Shown: positions 51,010-64,000, numbered from the stretch's first letter. The stretch is 64,000 nucleotides of DNA from Nemertoderma westbladi (GCA_032718475.1 JAUCBJ010003381.1:1-64000), one strand, 5' to 3'. Notes: a model not told the origin generated them from the sequence alone. Numbers and translations: made by a program.

Positions 51010-51345
51010 CCATCAGCTGACAGCAGTATGTTTCGCCCCGCAGCTGAATGCATTCTCAGGAGGCCAAGCCAGGAAATGTAGAGAGAAATTCACAAAGGGA
51101 GACAGAACGAGTGTTGAATGAAGAGAGAGGTCTGTAGGTAACAAGCCACTGGGAAGCAGCACCACAAACTTACGCCAATCACGTTTCTGCTTGTTGATAA
51201 CCGGCTTGCGTGTTTGGATGTAATACATTTCAAGCTTTTGCAAGACTGGCTGCAATGGGTGTCTAACAATTACGGTGAAATGTTTAAACAATTCACGCCA
51301 GACAGTCAGCCAACGTGTATTGGGCTCGCCGCGGTGAGTCATGAT
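51010..51345 (-). mobile_element. Penelope-like 3' remnant with a degenerate hammerhead-like motif
   Basis: LQKLEMYYIQTRKPVINKQ (GIY-YIG C-terminal motif) followed by CTGAGAA..GAAACA-TACTGC-TGTC. Confidence 0.55.
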
Positions 51346-51984
51346 TTTTACTTAACGTGCTAATAAATAAATATAATTATTAATTATTGGGTTTTCAAGC
51401 TTCTACTTCAAATTCTTATTGGAGTTTTGGTTAAATTTGTTATACCGATTTTGTGATGGAATTGCTCAATTTTAATTTGTATCTCATAACTGATCCTCGT
51501 GCTGCGTGAAGGCCCCAGTATGGAAACGCTAATTCTAAATTTAGAACGACAATGCCATTGTTCATTGTACATCGAAACGAAAGCACCCTCTCGAAATGGA
51601 AATATGTGTTATCGTATTATTGTATTGGCGACGACAGAACATTAGACTTTGGAATTATCTCAGTTAGGCCTTCTGACTTCTCCTTTGGTCACCGGTACCG
51701 ATATTTAAAGCGTTAATTAATACGAACATTTCTAGCAGTTGTTTGTTTATACCATTTGGCTTTCAGTATGACGGTGGCATTATTGCAGCGCCTAGTTCGT
51801 AGTTATTCTGTGACATTCGCCATATTATTAATATTATTATTATTGAATGATCTGTTAATACAAATTAATAGTCGACAATTGGTAGCATTTATTTAGAAAT
51901 ATAACTATAATCATTTGACTCTCATAGAGCAAACATTAACCCTAACTCTAACCCTGTGTATTGTGGTTAGGTTTAGTTTGCATA

Positions 51985-52851
51985 ATGGCTGCCGTAGTAA
52001 AAACCAACATTGCTTCCTGGTTGGACAACAACAAAGACAAATTTATTCCCCCCGTTTGCAATAAAATGCTTCACGGCGAGGGACAACTGAAACTATTCTA
52101 CGTTGGTGGGCCTAATGTTAGAAAAGATTACCACGTAGAAATGGGGGAGGAATTGTTCTACATGCGGAAAGGCGACATGTGTCTAAAGGTGGTGGAGAGA
52201 GGCGTGCACAGGGATATACTCATCACAGAGGGGCAATTATTTCTATTACCGGGTCGTATCCCTCACTCTCCGCAACGCGAATCGGGCACCATCGGGTTGG
52301 TTATAGAACGAGAGAGGAGCGAAAAGGAGTTGGATGGTCTGCGGTATTACATTGAGGGGACCACTGACAGTCTGTACGAGCAGTGGTTCCATTGCGTCGA
52401 TCTTGGTTGCCAGTTGGGGCCCATCATTAAGAGTTTCTTTGATTCAGAGCAGCATCGAACAGGGAAACCGGTGCCCGGAACGATCCCGGAACATCCACCG
52501 GTTCAGTTGGACTCAGCCACTCGACTCGCCGACGCGTTCAGCCTCAAGGAGTGGTTGGCGGATAACAAGGAGGAGATTTCTAGCGGGTTCAAGTCCATAT
52601 TCCCGGCTTCTTGCCAGTTCAAGGTGATGGCTGTCGGCACTACGTTGTCGAGGACTTGTAAGGCAGCAGAGATTTGGGTTTGGCAGTTTCAGGGCTGCAG
52701 TGTGGTGTCTGTTCCCGATGGAAGTGAACCGGTGCGGCTGGAAACAGATACCTCGTGTCTCATTCCAATTGGACAAACATGTACTGTGACTTGTGGGAAT
52801 AGTGACAGCGTTGCTTTGGTGATTTGGCAAGAACCCTTAGGTTTATATTAA
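51985..52851 (+). CDS. HAAO: 3-hydroxyanthranilate 3,4-dioxygenase, intronless CDS, 288 aa
   Basis: PPVCNKM, VGGPNVRKDYHVEMGEELFY, LPGRIPHSPQR, GLVIERER, LYEQWFHCVDLGCQL; iron ligands intact; first ATG at 51985 (the ORF track starts at a TTG). Confidence 0.96.
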   Translation: MAAVVKTNIASWLDNNKDKFIPPVCNKMLHGEGQLKLFYVGGPNVRKDYHVEMGEELFYMRKGDMCLKVVERGVHRDILITEGQLFLLPGRIPHSPQRESGTIGLVIERERSEKELDGLRYYIEGTTDSLYEQWFHCVDLGCQLGPIIKSFFDSEQHRTGKPVPGTIPEHPPVQLDSATRLADAFSLKEWLADNKEEISSGFKSIFPASCQFKVMAVGTTLSRTCKAAEIWVWQFQGCSVVSVPDGSEPVRLETDTSCLIPIGQTCTVTCGNSDSVALVIWQEPLGLY

Positions 52852-53422
52852 CTGATAGACTTCTAATGATACTTCTTATGTAGCATTGTATAGTCGTTGG
52901 ATTGGTTATAGTATATCGATTATTCCCTTATAATTAGATAAATAGATTAAAAAATGAAGCCAAATAACATAAAATATATACTAATGAGCTGCTATATGCT
53001 AATGAGCAAGGAAGGTTCAGAGTGCTGACAAAATCTGAGTACACCGACACCGACGTAAAAAATAATGTAGACTCCGATATTTTATGTGAATTGAAGATAT
53101 TATTATTATTTTTTAATTATTAAGTGTTATTTGTGTCATGTCAATAGGTGACTCATTTGGATACTTGATACTTCAGATTTACTTTGGATTTAAAATATTA
53201 TACTTTTGTGTGAACACTGGACGGACATGGTATGGATAAAGGCATTTTTCTTTGTAATAAATGGACTATTAAATCTATAATGGATGTGGAATGGACATGG
53301 GCTACCTTATTACATATTATTGACGTGGTTTTGGACTGACTAGGACCTATATGTCACGTGTTTTTAATCGATTATTGTTAATTACTATTATAAATTTATC
53401 TAAAAAATTAACTTTTTGACTT

Positions 53423-54415
53423 TAAGTACTGTCGGTACTTGAAGTACTGTCGGTGACTTGAAGTACTGTCGGTGACTTGAAGTACTGTCGGTGACTTGAA
53501 GTACTGTCGGTGACTTGAAGTACTGTCGGTGACTTGAAGTACTGTCGGTGACTTGAAATACTGTCGGTACTTGAAGTACTGTCGGTGACTTGAAGTACTG
53601 TCGGTGACTTGAAAGTACTGTCGGTACTTGAAGTACTGTCGGTGACTTGAAGTACTGTCGGTACTTGAAGTACTGTCGGTGACTTGAAGTACTGTCGGTG
53701 ACTTGAAGTACTGTCGGTGACTTGAAGTATTGTCGGTGACTTGAAGTACTGTCGGTGACTTGAAGTACTGTCGGTGACTTGAAGTACTGTCGGTGACTTG
53801 AAGTACTGTCGGTAACTTGAAATACTGTCGGTGACTTGAAATACTGTCGGTACTTGAAGTACTGTCGGTACTTGAAGTACTGTCGGTACTTGAAAGTACT
53901 GTCGGTACTTGAAGTACTGTCGGTACTTGAAGTACTGTCGGTACTTGAAGTACTGTCGGTGACTTGAAGTACTGTCGGTGACTTGAAGTACTGTCGGTGA
54001 CTTGAAGTACTGTCGGTGACTTGAAATACTGTCGGTACTTGAAGTACTGTCGGTGACTTGAAGTACTGTCGGTGACTTGAAGTACTGTCGGTGACTTGAA
54101 GTACTGTCGGTGACTTGAAGTACTGTCGGTGACTTGAAATACTGTCGGTGACTTGAAATACTGTCGGTACTTGAAGTACTGTCGGTACTTGAAGTACTGA
54201 CGGTACTTGAAGTACTGTCGGTGACTTAAAGTACTGTCGGTACTTGAAGTACTGTCGGTACTTGAAAGTACTGTCGGTACTTGAAGTACTGTCGGTACTT
54301 GAAGTACTGTCGGTACTTGAAGTACTGTTGGTACTTGAAGTACTGTCGGTACTTGAAGTACTGTCGGTACTTGAAGCACTGTCGGTACTTGAAGTACTGT
54401 CTGTACTTGAAGTAC
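53423..54415. repeat. 18/19-bp minisatellite (GAAGTACTGTCGGT(G)ACTT)n
   Basis: Direct reading; source of the spurious QVPTVL/STDSTS ORFs. Confidence 0.97.
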
Positions 54416-54472
54416 GTTCCAAAATAGGTTTTAATACCGTCAAATTTAAAATTAATATTCAATTACCATATT

Positions 54473-55050
54473 ACACCATGTCCCGGTGTCGTGATATAGT
54501 GTCATTTTCTGATGACACGGACCCCCCCCCCCCCCCAAGATTTTTCTACAAATCTTTATCATATTGCTTGAAATTTGAAACACCACTAGTTCCACTCACC
54601 GTCGATGACCCCATGAAGCCGGAATTTTCGATTTTGTCTTTAAATTTTTTTTATAAGCGTTTTAAAAAAGTGTCTTTTGCGAAATCGCACCCTCCGTATC
54701 GTGGACATTCTTCACATTAGTCGTAATTTTTTCATATCATTAAAAAGCTTGCCTTGCAAGGATTCGAAATATGTAACAATATCTGAATTTCGTTGAGAAC
54801 CAACTGAGATATAGGCGTTGAAAGATTGCAAGAATTATTGTTCGCTACAGGCCATTTATTCTATTTAATAAATACACAAAATTCTAGAATGTGTTATTTA
54901 TTTTATTTTATAAGTTAGTTGGCAACAGCGGTATTCCTATCCAATATATCTATTGCGTAGCTAGCTATTCATTCTTAAACAAAATGTTCCAGAACATTGT
55001 AATTATTAAATAGAATAAATGGCCTCCAGCTAACGATAATTCTTGCAATT
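54473..55050. mobile_element. Foldback TIR element copy (family of 26430-27192)
   Basis: TA-CACCATGTCC terminus; body matches 26460-26870 directly and 26880-27190 in reverse. Confidence 0.75.
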
Positions 55051-56440
55051 TTTGAACTCCTATTCATGACCTACTATATAGATACAACCCGCCAAGCTGC
55101 TGCAAAGCCCCTAAATTTAGTGGGCCAGTTATTTCTCTTAGATAGAACCCCTGAAACAATAGGTCTAGCGCGTCGAAAGTACTTGTCCCTAACTAAAATT
55201 ATATCCTCTTTCAGGTGAGACAAATAAAAACTTAATAGCTCCAGTAGTTTTCGAGATATGAGGCATTCCTGGCACCCATACCATTTCGGAATCTTTCGGA
55301 ATTGATAAAATTACACAAAATACTGATATCACCCTTCAAAGACTTTGGTATAACCATGAAACCACACTATACTTTTTTGGTTTGTTGAATTCATTATTAG
55401 TAATCGAAAGTAAGATTAGAAGCAACATTTTCATTTTGTTATCAATATATACTAAAAGAGCACCAAAAGTCACTTTTTTCAAACGTGGTAAATTGGCCAT
55501 ACAGTTTAGTTTGGCTACTGAGGTTTTAGAAGGTGCTGATTTCATTGGGAAGGTTTATTCCTCTACATCAAACATATCGAAGAGTTGTGTAATATAACAA
55601 CATAGCCAGACATATTGTTTTATTAGTTATTAGTCAGTTATTTGTCCCTGGAACACGAAGAAAACAAGTAGTGGAAATATGATAATGAACAATCACCACG
55701 AAAACAAATTGATTTTATGACCATGTGGTTTTTTTGGGATGCTGATCACGAATATTACATTTGAAAATAACGCACCTTGTTGATTACGGCTTTTTTGGAT
55801 ACGTGTCAATGTGCGGCACAAAAAATACAAATAGCACAAATTTCATAATGAAAAATCATTACCAAATCAACCTGATTTTATAACATTTTGAGTTTTTTGG
55901 GATGCTGATCACGAAAATGACACTCATAAATATCGTATTATCCATCCAACCAAATTTGACTTTTTCCCTTTGAAATTTTAAGCTACTTGCATTTTTCGTC
56001 CCACCAGACAAATACACAACGAAAAACGATAGTTGCGTTACCACGAATTATTTTTAACGAATTGTATCGTGATTAGCGACCTTGAAAACCAGTATAGTTT
56101 CAGAATTACCAAACCAAAGGCAAAATTTAACAGTTTCAAATTTTTGCTACTTGTACTTTTCGTTTTGGAGCACCAAATTGGCACCTAAATTGGGTTTGCA
56201 CATACAAGAAATATTTTTAACTACTTTCATCGCGATCATTTACCTCGAAAACCCGTATTCGTTTAGAATTATCAAACCAAACACAAAATGTTTAGTTTGA
56301 CAATTTTTTACTTGTACTTTTCATCCTGGGGGGCCAAAATCAGAAAATAGCACCAAAAATGATTGATGCATTGCCAGAAAATGTAAATTTTCCAGAAAGC
56401 CCACGGTCCAATTAATTACTGTAGTAATATAGCCCGTATA

Positions 56441-56730
56441 CTACTACTACTACTAGGATCGGCATGCTGCATTGCAGCTGCATTTTTAAGAATGCTGTGC
56501 CGGCTTGTCAACAAAATTGCACCGCCACAACTCCCTATCTATCACCCATGACATTTGCTAGATCATCCGCATCTTCAAGGCCAGTGTCCTTTAAGATGCA
56601 TCTCAAGAACGTCATGGGCTGTCCACCATGCTTATTCACTCCATGAGGCTGCCAAAGGACAAGATTATGCATTGGCTGGTCCTCACGGCGAAAGCAATGT
56701 CCTGCAAAGCGGAGGCGATTTTGTTCTAGT
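56441..56730 (-). mobile_element. RTE LINE 3' end with (TAG)n tail
   Basis: Near-identical to 49541-49825. Confidence 0.88.
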
Positions 56731-58679
56731 ATCAATTTCATTTTTGTTCCCGTATAGCCCGGGCCAGATAGCAGATAGTGTTAAACGTACCGGTAACCCA
56801 GGATAAATATTCCCGACTGAATACGAATCTCTTAATTCCGCATCAAACACATAGTAGAGTAGAGTTAAATAAAGTATCAAATCATGAATAGAAACGACAC
56901 TATATTCCAGGATAGTTAATAATAATTCCCCTAAATAATATCACTTCTTCATTATATTGAAGTCGTAATATTAATTTATCTCAGCATATCTATTATGTAT
57001 CAATAACCTTTGTCTATTAAATCCAAGATAGTAATAACGAACACTGTTAAGGTGTCCACGCATATTGTCTTAAGTGAGATCCTCAGAAAGGGCCGATATG
57101 TTTTCGGGGATTCAGATTGCCCCATAGGAGTCCCGCTGGTTTAGGCAGGAGAATAAACCTAGCATGATGATTCTTAAAGAATAACCGGACCCTCCAACCC
57201 CAAGTCGAGCAGTAGCTTCATCTCTACAACAGATAAAGAACCAATTTTTATCTCCTTCATGAATTTCGATAGGCGATGGACGGTATATGATGTATCCGAT
57301 GGACGGATTTTACTGGCCTTCTCAGAGGAATTTGAGGCATTTATAGCACAATGAAGTCGGAATAGACTCCGGCACTCCGGGTTTACTTAATATATCACCC
57401 GTCGAAATGTACAAATGTTAGTGGTACGCCCTGGTGTCATCTGATCTATAAAAATAGCCCCGACTAGTCGAACTAAGTGCCACTCTGTAGACCGAGCGAG
57501 CGAGCGTCATCTATACACACAGCACTTTCCAACTATAACTGCTCCGGCCTCCCCTCCATACAGATTCAGATACTATGTCCAGATTAGATTAGGCCCCAGT
57601 GCCGTGGCTGCCAGCGCCCGTGTAGAGAGAGGTGATAATAAATAGTCAAATAAATACAGGTCATCAGGTAATGTAATAATGCTAAGGCATTGATGCCTAA
57701 CACAGTAACAGCATAATGCAGTCAGCACTATCATCAGTAATGTAATGCCTAACGCAGTAGTACAGTGCAATGCAAATACCACAATATACTGAATAATTCA
57801 CTACATTACCGCACCAGTACCAGAAATAGAAGTGCACTAGTTGGCACTTAGAATTTTCGACTGAAACATTGGCCATTTTTGAAAATACCACAATTTTATA
57901 AACCTTGCCAATGGAATCAGCACATTATAAAACCCCAGTAGCCAAACTATACGGCCAAATTACCACTTTTGGCTATTTGAAAATTTCGAGTTACTTGTAA
58001 TTTTGGTGCTCTTTTAGTGTCTATTATAAAATAAACAATGAAGATTTTATTGTGTTATCAAGGTGTAGGGCCTACGTACTGACGTACACCTTATGTGTTA
58101 TGCATTGTATTGTGCATTCTGTCCAATTGTTCGTTGACAAGCAACCACATACAGTCATAATAAACTCGAATAAATAAACAACCTGTTAGGCCTACCAAAT
58201 GCAGTACAGCAGTAGTAGCCTCTCCTCTACTACCACTACCACACATCAACAGATGGGCTTGAGTTGGTATTAGTTTTTTTATTTACAGTTTGTTGGTAGT
58301 AGGCCTACTGTAGTACATAGTCGATGTTGAAGCGCAGGCGATCACTGAAGGCACTTTTGGCGCTACTTTAATGTGAGATTCACTTACAATCTGCCTTTCG
58401 CTCTGGCGAAACACACTCGGAATACCCATACCCAATGCTGAACTTTTCAACTGTTTCGAGACATCTGATTACGATTCTTCTACGACCTGCCGTTCCCTGA
58501 ATAAGACTTCGCTATCAAAAAAAATGTGGTCTTGGCGTCTTAGAATCGAAGTTGGTAAAGGAAACATCAGCTCCGGTGAGAAGAACAACTGAAGTAAACA
58601 ACTGACTGACTGAGTTCCTCCGCTGTTAGAGAGCGCTATATCGCGCACAGCAAATTGTAAGAGTTCGAGAAACTGGAAG

Positions 58680-58736
58680 AGTTCGCGAGAAATCGTAGAT
58701 AAATTGTAACAATTTATCTACGATTTCTCGCGAACT
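58680..58736. other. Perfect 28-bp-arm palindrome with a 1-nt centre
   Basis: AGTTCGCGAGAAATCGTAGATAAATTGT-A-ACAATTTATCTACGATTTCTCGCGAACT. Confidence 0.95.
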
Positions 58737-60456
58737 ACAGAGCAGTTCTGTAGTTCAACAGCGTGGTGGCCCACTCCCTCCCGATAATTTCTTCATATTT
58801 TTAATAATAATTTTAAACTAAAGATAATTTCTTCGATTGAGTGTTTGGAATAAACGTATACGCACGTATACTGAGCGGCCCGGAGGCTGACCTCTCAGCA
58901 TATGGATTCTGTCGCCGCCGCCGTAACGAACATGCATCACACAGACTCCACGAAACAGATGGGATTGGAGGATAAAAACCAATAATGACTTACATCAACC
59001 AAACAAACTGCCGTCTAATGTAATACACAGTCGCCTAAGCAGACAACTCACAATCACATCCTGATCCGCAACCTGGGAAATTGTTATATATTGTCGGTAC
59101 TGCTACCTTTGTATTTTGAATCTACATATGCAAAATTTAATAATATTAATCGTTAAGTAGGTTGATAAGTAATTTTTAGCTTTGATTCTCCCATATATTA
59201 AACTTATAAATCCACTTCAAATATATTTTAAAATAAAGGGGAAGTTATCTTTTCGATAGTTTTTGAAATTTAAATATTTTAATTATTTTACTATTGAAAT
59301 ACATTGGAAAATTAACAAGACTTAATATTCATACACCTTAATAACCGTTATAATAGATGGGGTTGATTTAAAATTATCAGGATGTTATTTTTGTGAAATT
59401 TTTCGTGAAAATAATATGGCTTGTAAGAGTAGCTGACATGTATGTTACATTTTGTGTTTCAATATATTTATAATTTATATATATGTTTAAAATACAAACC
59501 GTCGCAAAATGCTACCTTGTTGTTTTATTTAGCGTTATTGACTAATACTTATTTGGGAAAGCGATCCAGCAACAATACTATACATTGGCTTATATTAGAA
59601 GCGAAATACAAATATATTTTTTTTACGATAACTGTTTTAAGTAACACGAATTAATTACAATTACTCTATCTGTTTCGAAACAGGTCAGATAAGTAGGGGG
59701 GGGGGGGGGGGGGGGGGATAAACACCCTCTGGTTAAAATATTAGTTTGTTTTTCTTATCTTTTCTGGTGTATAATTTGATTAGTATTTACGGTTTTCACT
59801 TTCAGGCATGTCGACCCTTAGCGACAGGCTGGTGAACTGCCGAATAATATACGTCCTCCCAAACACGCAACCGCCTGTGGTGTAATCTATATATGCCATG
59901 CATCAGCTCGAAAAGATTAAAAACAACAAAAACGCAGGACTTTTTCACCTTCAGACATTCCACCTACTACCGGTAGACTAGAGAACTTCAGCTTCCTCCC
60001 AAACACGAATCCAATCTTGTAGTAGATATTTCCCCAGTATCAGCTCAAAAACAATAAAATTGGTGATGGGAATGGTTTCACTCTCAGAGATTACACACCC
60101 AAGCAGCAGATTGAAGAACTGTAGGCTGGTCGGCGTCCTCTCACTCAAACAGGCAGCGTAAGATCTCTGTGGTACATACATGCATACATACATACCTGCA
60201 AAGTTTCAGTTAGAACAGCCTTAGTCTTAGTCTAATGGTGAAACTGCAGTTACAAAGTCGCCTGAGTCCTGATTGCTGACCAGTAATATATTTTGGCCTA
60301 AAACGATGCAAAATAATCCACTTTGACCACATTCGATTCACGCAAACAAATACTTAAAATATGACGAGATGGTGACGTTGCTCAAGTTAGCTTTCTATTA
60401 TTGTATCGCGAGACAGACAGACTGAGATTTATAAGACTTAAAGTCAGAGATTTATA

Positions 60457-60730
60457 TTGGACGGATCCATCATGGATGTTGGACGGATCCATTATGGATG
60501 TTGGACGGATCCATCATGGATGTTGGACGGATCCGTCATGGATGTTGGACGAATCCATCATGGATGTTGGACGGATCCATCATGGATATTGGACGGATCC
60601 GTCATGGATGTTGGACGGATCCATCATGGATGTTGGACGGATCCATCATGGATGTTGGACGGATCCGTCATGGATGTTGGATGGATCCGTCATGGATGTT
60701 GGACGGATCCATCATGGATGTTGGATGGAT
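60457..60730. repeat. 22-bp minisatellite (TTGGACGGATCCATCATGGATG)n, ~12 copies
   Basis: Direct reading. Confidence 0.95.
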
Positions 60731-62329
60731 ATATTTCGAATAATTTTAGATAGATTTCGATAGATACTGTAGATTTCGTAATTTACGTCATTATCAATGC
60801 ATACTACACATATAAGTTATATCGAAATACGAAAATAAGTGGCCTAATTTGTAATGATTGGAAATTGCAGAATAAAACTAGCACAAAATCGCACAGACTA
60901 AATACTGAAATAGCACGGCGGTACTCTACTACTATAATTAATAACAGTAGCCTTCTACGTCCTACATCGAGAAGCTAGGGACCCCCAATTATTCTACTAC
61001 ATTATATATTTCTCAATAGCAGTCTTACATATGTTTCCTTACATTTTCAGATATCACTAAATTCCATATTTGCTACTAATGGGCTACAGTATTATTTAAT
61101 ATAATTAAGGATAACAAAATGTAGCATTTTATAGCGGTTTGCATATTCGCTATATGTACAAATTCTATATATAGAAATAATCTGTGTTTTTAAAGATATC
61201 TCGAAATGCTACCATCACCACTCCCAAAGTTTAATATATATAAGTAGCATAGCCGTCAAATGTTCCCATTAACTGAAGGGTTTTTGTATATTCAGTTTCA
61301 GAATACAAAAATTATATGTATATTGACCATAGCAGCCGAACCATGATGATTTGCAAAAAGCAATTTGTTTCTAATGTTAAACATTTTGATTCATTTAATA
61401 ATAAAATAGTTAAATAAAATGTATTTGGTAATAAAATTAAAATATAAGAAATGTTAATATAAAACCATATATATGTCTTTGAAATATATATTAGTGACGG
61501 TTCTGCTACATTTTGTGTATATATATATATATATATGTATAACGAACCTTTTACGCCCAAAGAATATGTAAAACGGTTTACGTATGCAGTGGCGATTTCG
61601 CTCCCAAATATATATTGACGTTCTGTACACATTCGAAGATAGTTTGTAAAGCGCATGAAAATAATTAGTGTATACAGTAGCGTTTTCGTCAAGAAAAAAT
61701 TCGTCAAAACTTACGATCTTTTAAAAAAACACAGTATGTTAGTTTTATACAGTATAATTACTAAAAATTGTTAAGTGTAGGTAAACTTTACTGACTTTCA
61801 AGTACTGTACAAGTAGAGTAGTTGTATTGAGTAGGATATCAGCCTACTGTATATACAGTAGTGCAAAACTACTGTAGGCCTACTATACATTCCGATTATT
61901 CTGTGTTTCTGTTTATTTATTATTTAATTATTAATTCACAACCAAGTTTGATATATTTTGTTTTATTAAAACCCTATATCACTATATAACCTGACAATTT
62001 CAAATGGGAAGGGGGGGGGGGATATACGCAAGAAATATTTAACCAACTTCAAGGGAAAATCGATGCGCAAATACCACCAACCAGCAAGAATGAAATGGGA
62101 ACTTACGATATAAACTCTCATGTCACTCAGTTTCCCCTTTCTTCACACATTTATTCTCCTTGTAAGCTTAATCCATGCTTTGTTAGCGTTAGGTAAACAT
62201 GTGAACATTGAACATACAATTTCATTTCAGACGTTAATAAAATTACGTTTTGACGACCAACAAGTTACATTACATACTGTAGTAGGCCTATGTAAAAAAT
62301 GAACAATGATACGTAAAGTCAATCGCCAG

Positions 62330-64000
62330 AGACTACTTGACTTTACCTGACATACTTGACTTGACATTGCATTGACTTGAAATATACCCCATTTGGCTTT
62401 GTCATCCTTCAGTTGATATACTTCAATTCTCATACTTGATTTGACATACACATACTTGACTTGAAATTCATCTTCTGCCAAGAGAAGTCAAATATGTTAA
62501 GTTAAGTACGTCAACTTTAAGTCAAGTAAAGTGATCACTTAAACATAAACAGGCTATGATTTCTACATTATTTATGCATACATTTTGTCATTGTCACCAC
62601 TATATTTCGTCAATTTAAGTCGATGAAATGCCAAAGGTAGGAAAAAATAAACATTTAAAGTCACAAATACGCCACAAATAATCCAAGTCGACATTTTATA
62701 TATAGGAATATATAATGTAACAAATTCTCCAATCGGTGTTGATAAAACGCCTTTCGTATAAAAAATAAATCTAAAGGGTTACAAATACGTCACATACAAA
62801 GCTTGTCTTCACATCGCGGAAAGTTTTGCTATCAGTCGCATTTTTTCTAAGCCCTGACATATTTGGCATTAAGCCTATTTATATTAGCCTACTGTACCAG
62901 ACTGAAAATGATATTTTTTAGATTGTTGGCTGGTCATATTTACTTAACATACTGTACTTTATTTGACATACAGTATTTGACTTAGCATACTCTACTTGAC
63001 ATAATTGACTTGACATACTTGACTTGACAAAGTTGACTTCACTTGATATACTTGGCTTGACATACTAAACTTGACTTGACATATTTGAATTGACCTGACT
63101 TGAAATTCTTCAGTAAAGACAAGTCAAATAGGTAAATTCAAGTCAAGTATTCCAAGTTAAGTAAAGTAGGCCTTAACGTCAACTTATGTCAAGTTTAGTG
63201 ATTACTATAACAGGCTTATGGATGACTACTACATTCTGTAAGTTTAAATTTTTTTAATGTCACCACTTAATCGCATAATGGAACTATTTCGTCAATTGAA
63301 GTCGATAAAACTCCAAAATGTAGAAAAAAATTAATATTTAAAGTCACAAAAACACTACAAATAATATAATTGGACATTTTATATTGTAGAAATGTATAAT
63401 GTAGCAAATTCTACAATCGGTGTCGATGAAACGCCATTTGAATAAAACAATAAATCTAAAGGGTTACAAATACGTCAAAAATAAAGCCAAGTCGCAGAGG
63501 AAAGAATAAAACTAGAGATTTTAACTGAACATTATTTAGAAAAAATATCTTGGGCTGAAAAACTAATGGAATAACTGGCATTTTAAACTGAAACTTGTCC
63601 TCACATATCGGAAAAAGTTGCTTTCAGTCGTACAATTTCTAAGCCCTGACATTGTGCGTGCATTAGGCCTTTTTATATTACTGCACCAGACTGAAAATGA
63701 TAATTTTTTAGATTCTACTTTATAAAAAGAACACCGATTACCTGACATACTTGACATTGCATACTTGAGATGGCTTGACATACTTAAATTGAGATATGCC
63801 CCACTTCACTTGTCATACTTGATTTTATATAGGCTTGCTTGTCTTAACATACTGTATTTACTTGACATACAGTACTTGATTTGACATATTTGACTAACAT
63901 ACTTTACATGGCATACTTGAATTAACTTGGCTTGACATACGTGACTTCCACTTGAAAGGCCTTGCTTTAATTTACATACTAGATATACTTGACTTGACAT
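62330..64000. repeat. Diverged tandem ~0.7-kb blocks containing (CTTGACATA)-like simple repeats
   Basis: TAAATCTAAAGGGTTACAAATACGTCA at ~62765 and ~63451; AAGCCCTGACAT at ~62848 and ~63641. Confidence 0.7.

Noticed and set aside
51937-51956. TAACCC repeats as telomeric sequence
   Set aside because: Only ~3 imperfect units; better read as a branchpoint region.
53400-54720. 323-347-aa repetitive ORFs
   Set aside because: Artefacts of the 18/19-bp satellite.
57060-57350. Open minus-strand stretch (~90 codons)
   Set aside because: No family recognised and no clear start or splice sites; possibly TE debris.
59806-59885. Candidate eIF4B exon 8 after a strong TTTCAG acceptor
   Set aside because: Phase-1 translation (RMSTLSDRLVNC..*) lacks eIF4B motifs; unsupported.

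Overview
AT-rich eukaryotic (invertebrate-like metazoan; species not identifiable from sequence) genomic window with spliceosomal introns. The backbone is a plus-strand eIF4B gene reconstructed by eye from 7 phase-compatible exons (6282-49105). It probably continues past the window, or splices in frame into HAAO. Its ~30.8 kb intron 4 hosts an antisense 4-exon Aster/GRAMD1-like (VASt-TM) gene that appears to lack the GRAM domain. Also present are an intronless divergent 7TM receptor with a Cys-rich ectodomain (1403-3439) and an intronless HAAO (51985-52851). About a quarter of the window is unrelated minisatellites, plus RTE, CRE and Penelope retroelement fragments, a tRNA-SINE and several MITEs. 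Most striking: (i) a ~60-copy satellite made from the eIF4B exon-5 end and its splice donor; (ii) a ~98-copy intronic satellite whose unit resembles a branchpoint/pyrimidine-tract/AG; (iii) an in-frame splice route from eIF4B exon 7 into HAAO. All assignments come from manual translation and motif recall; no database searches were run.
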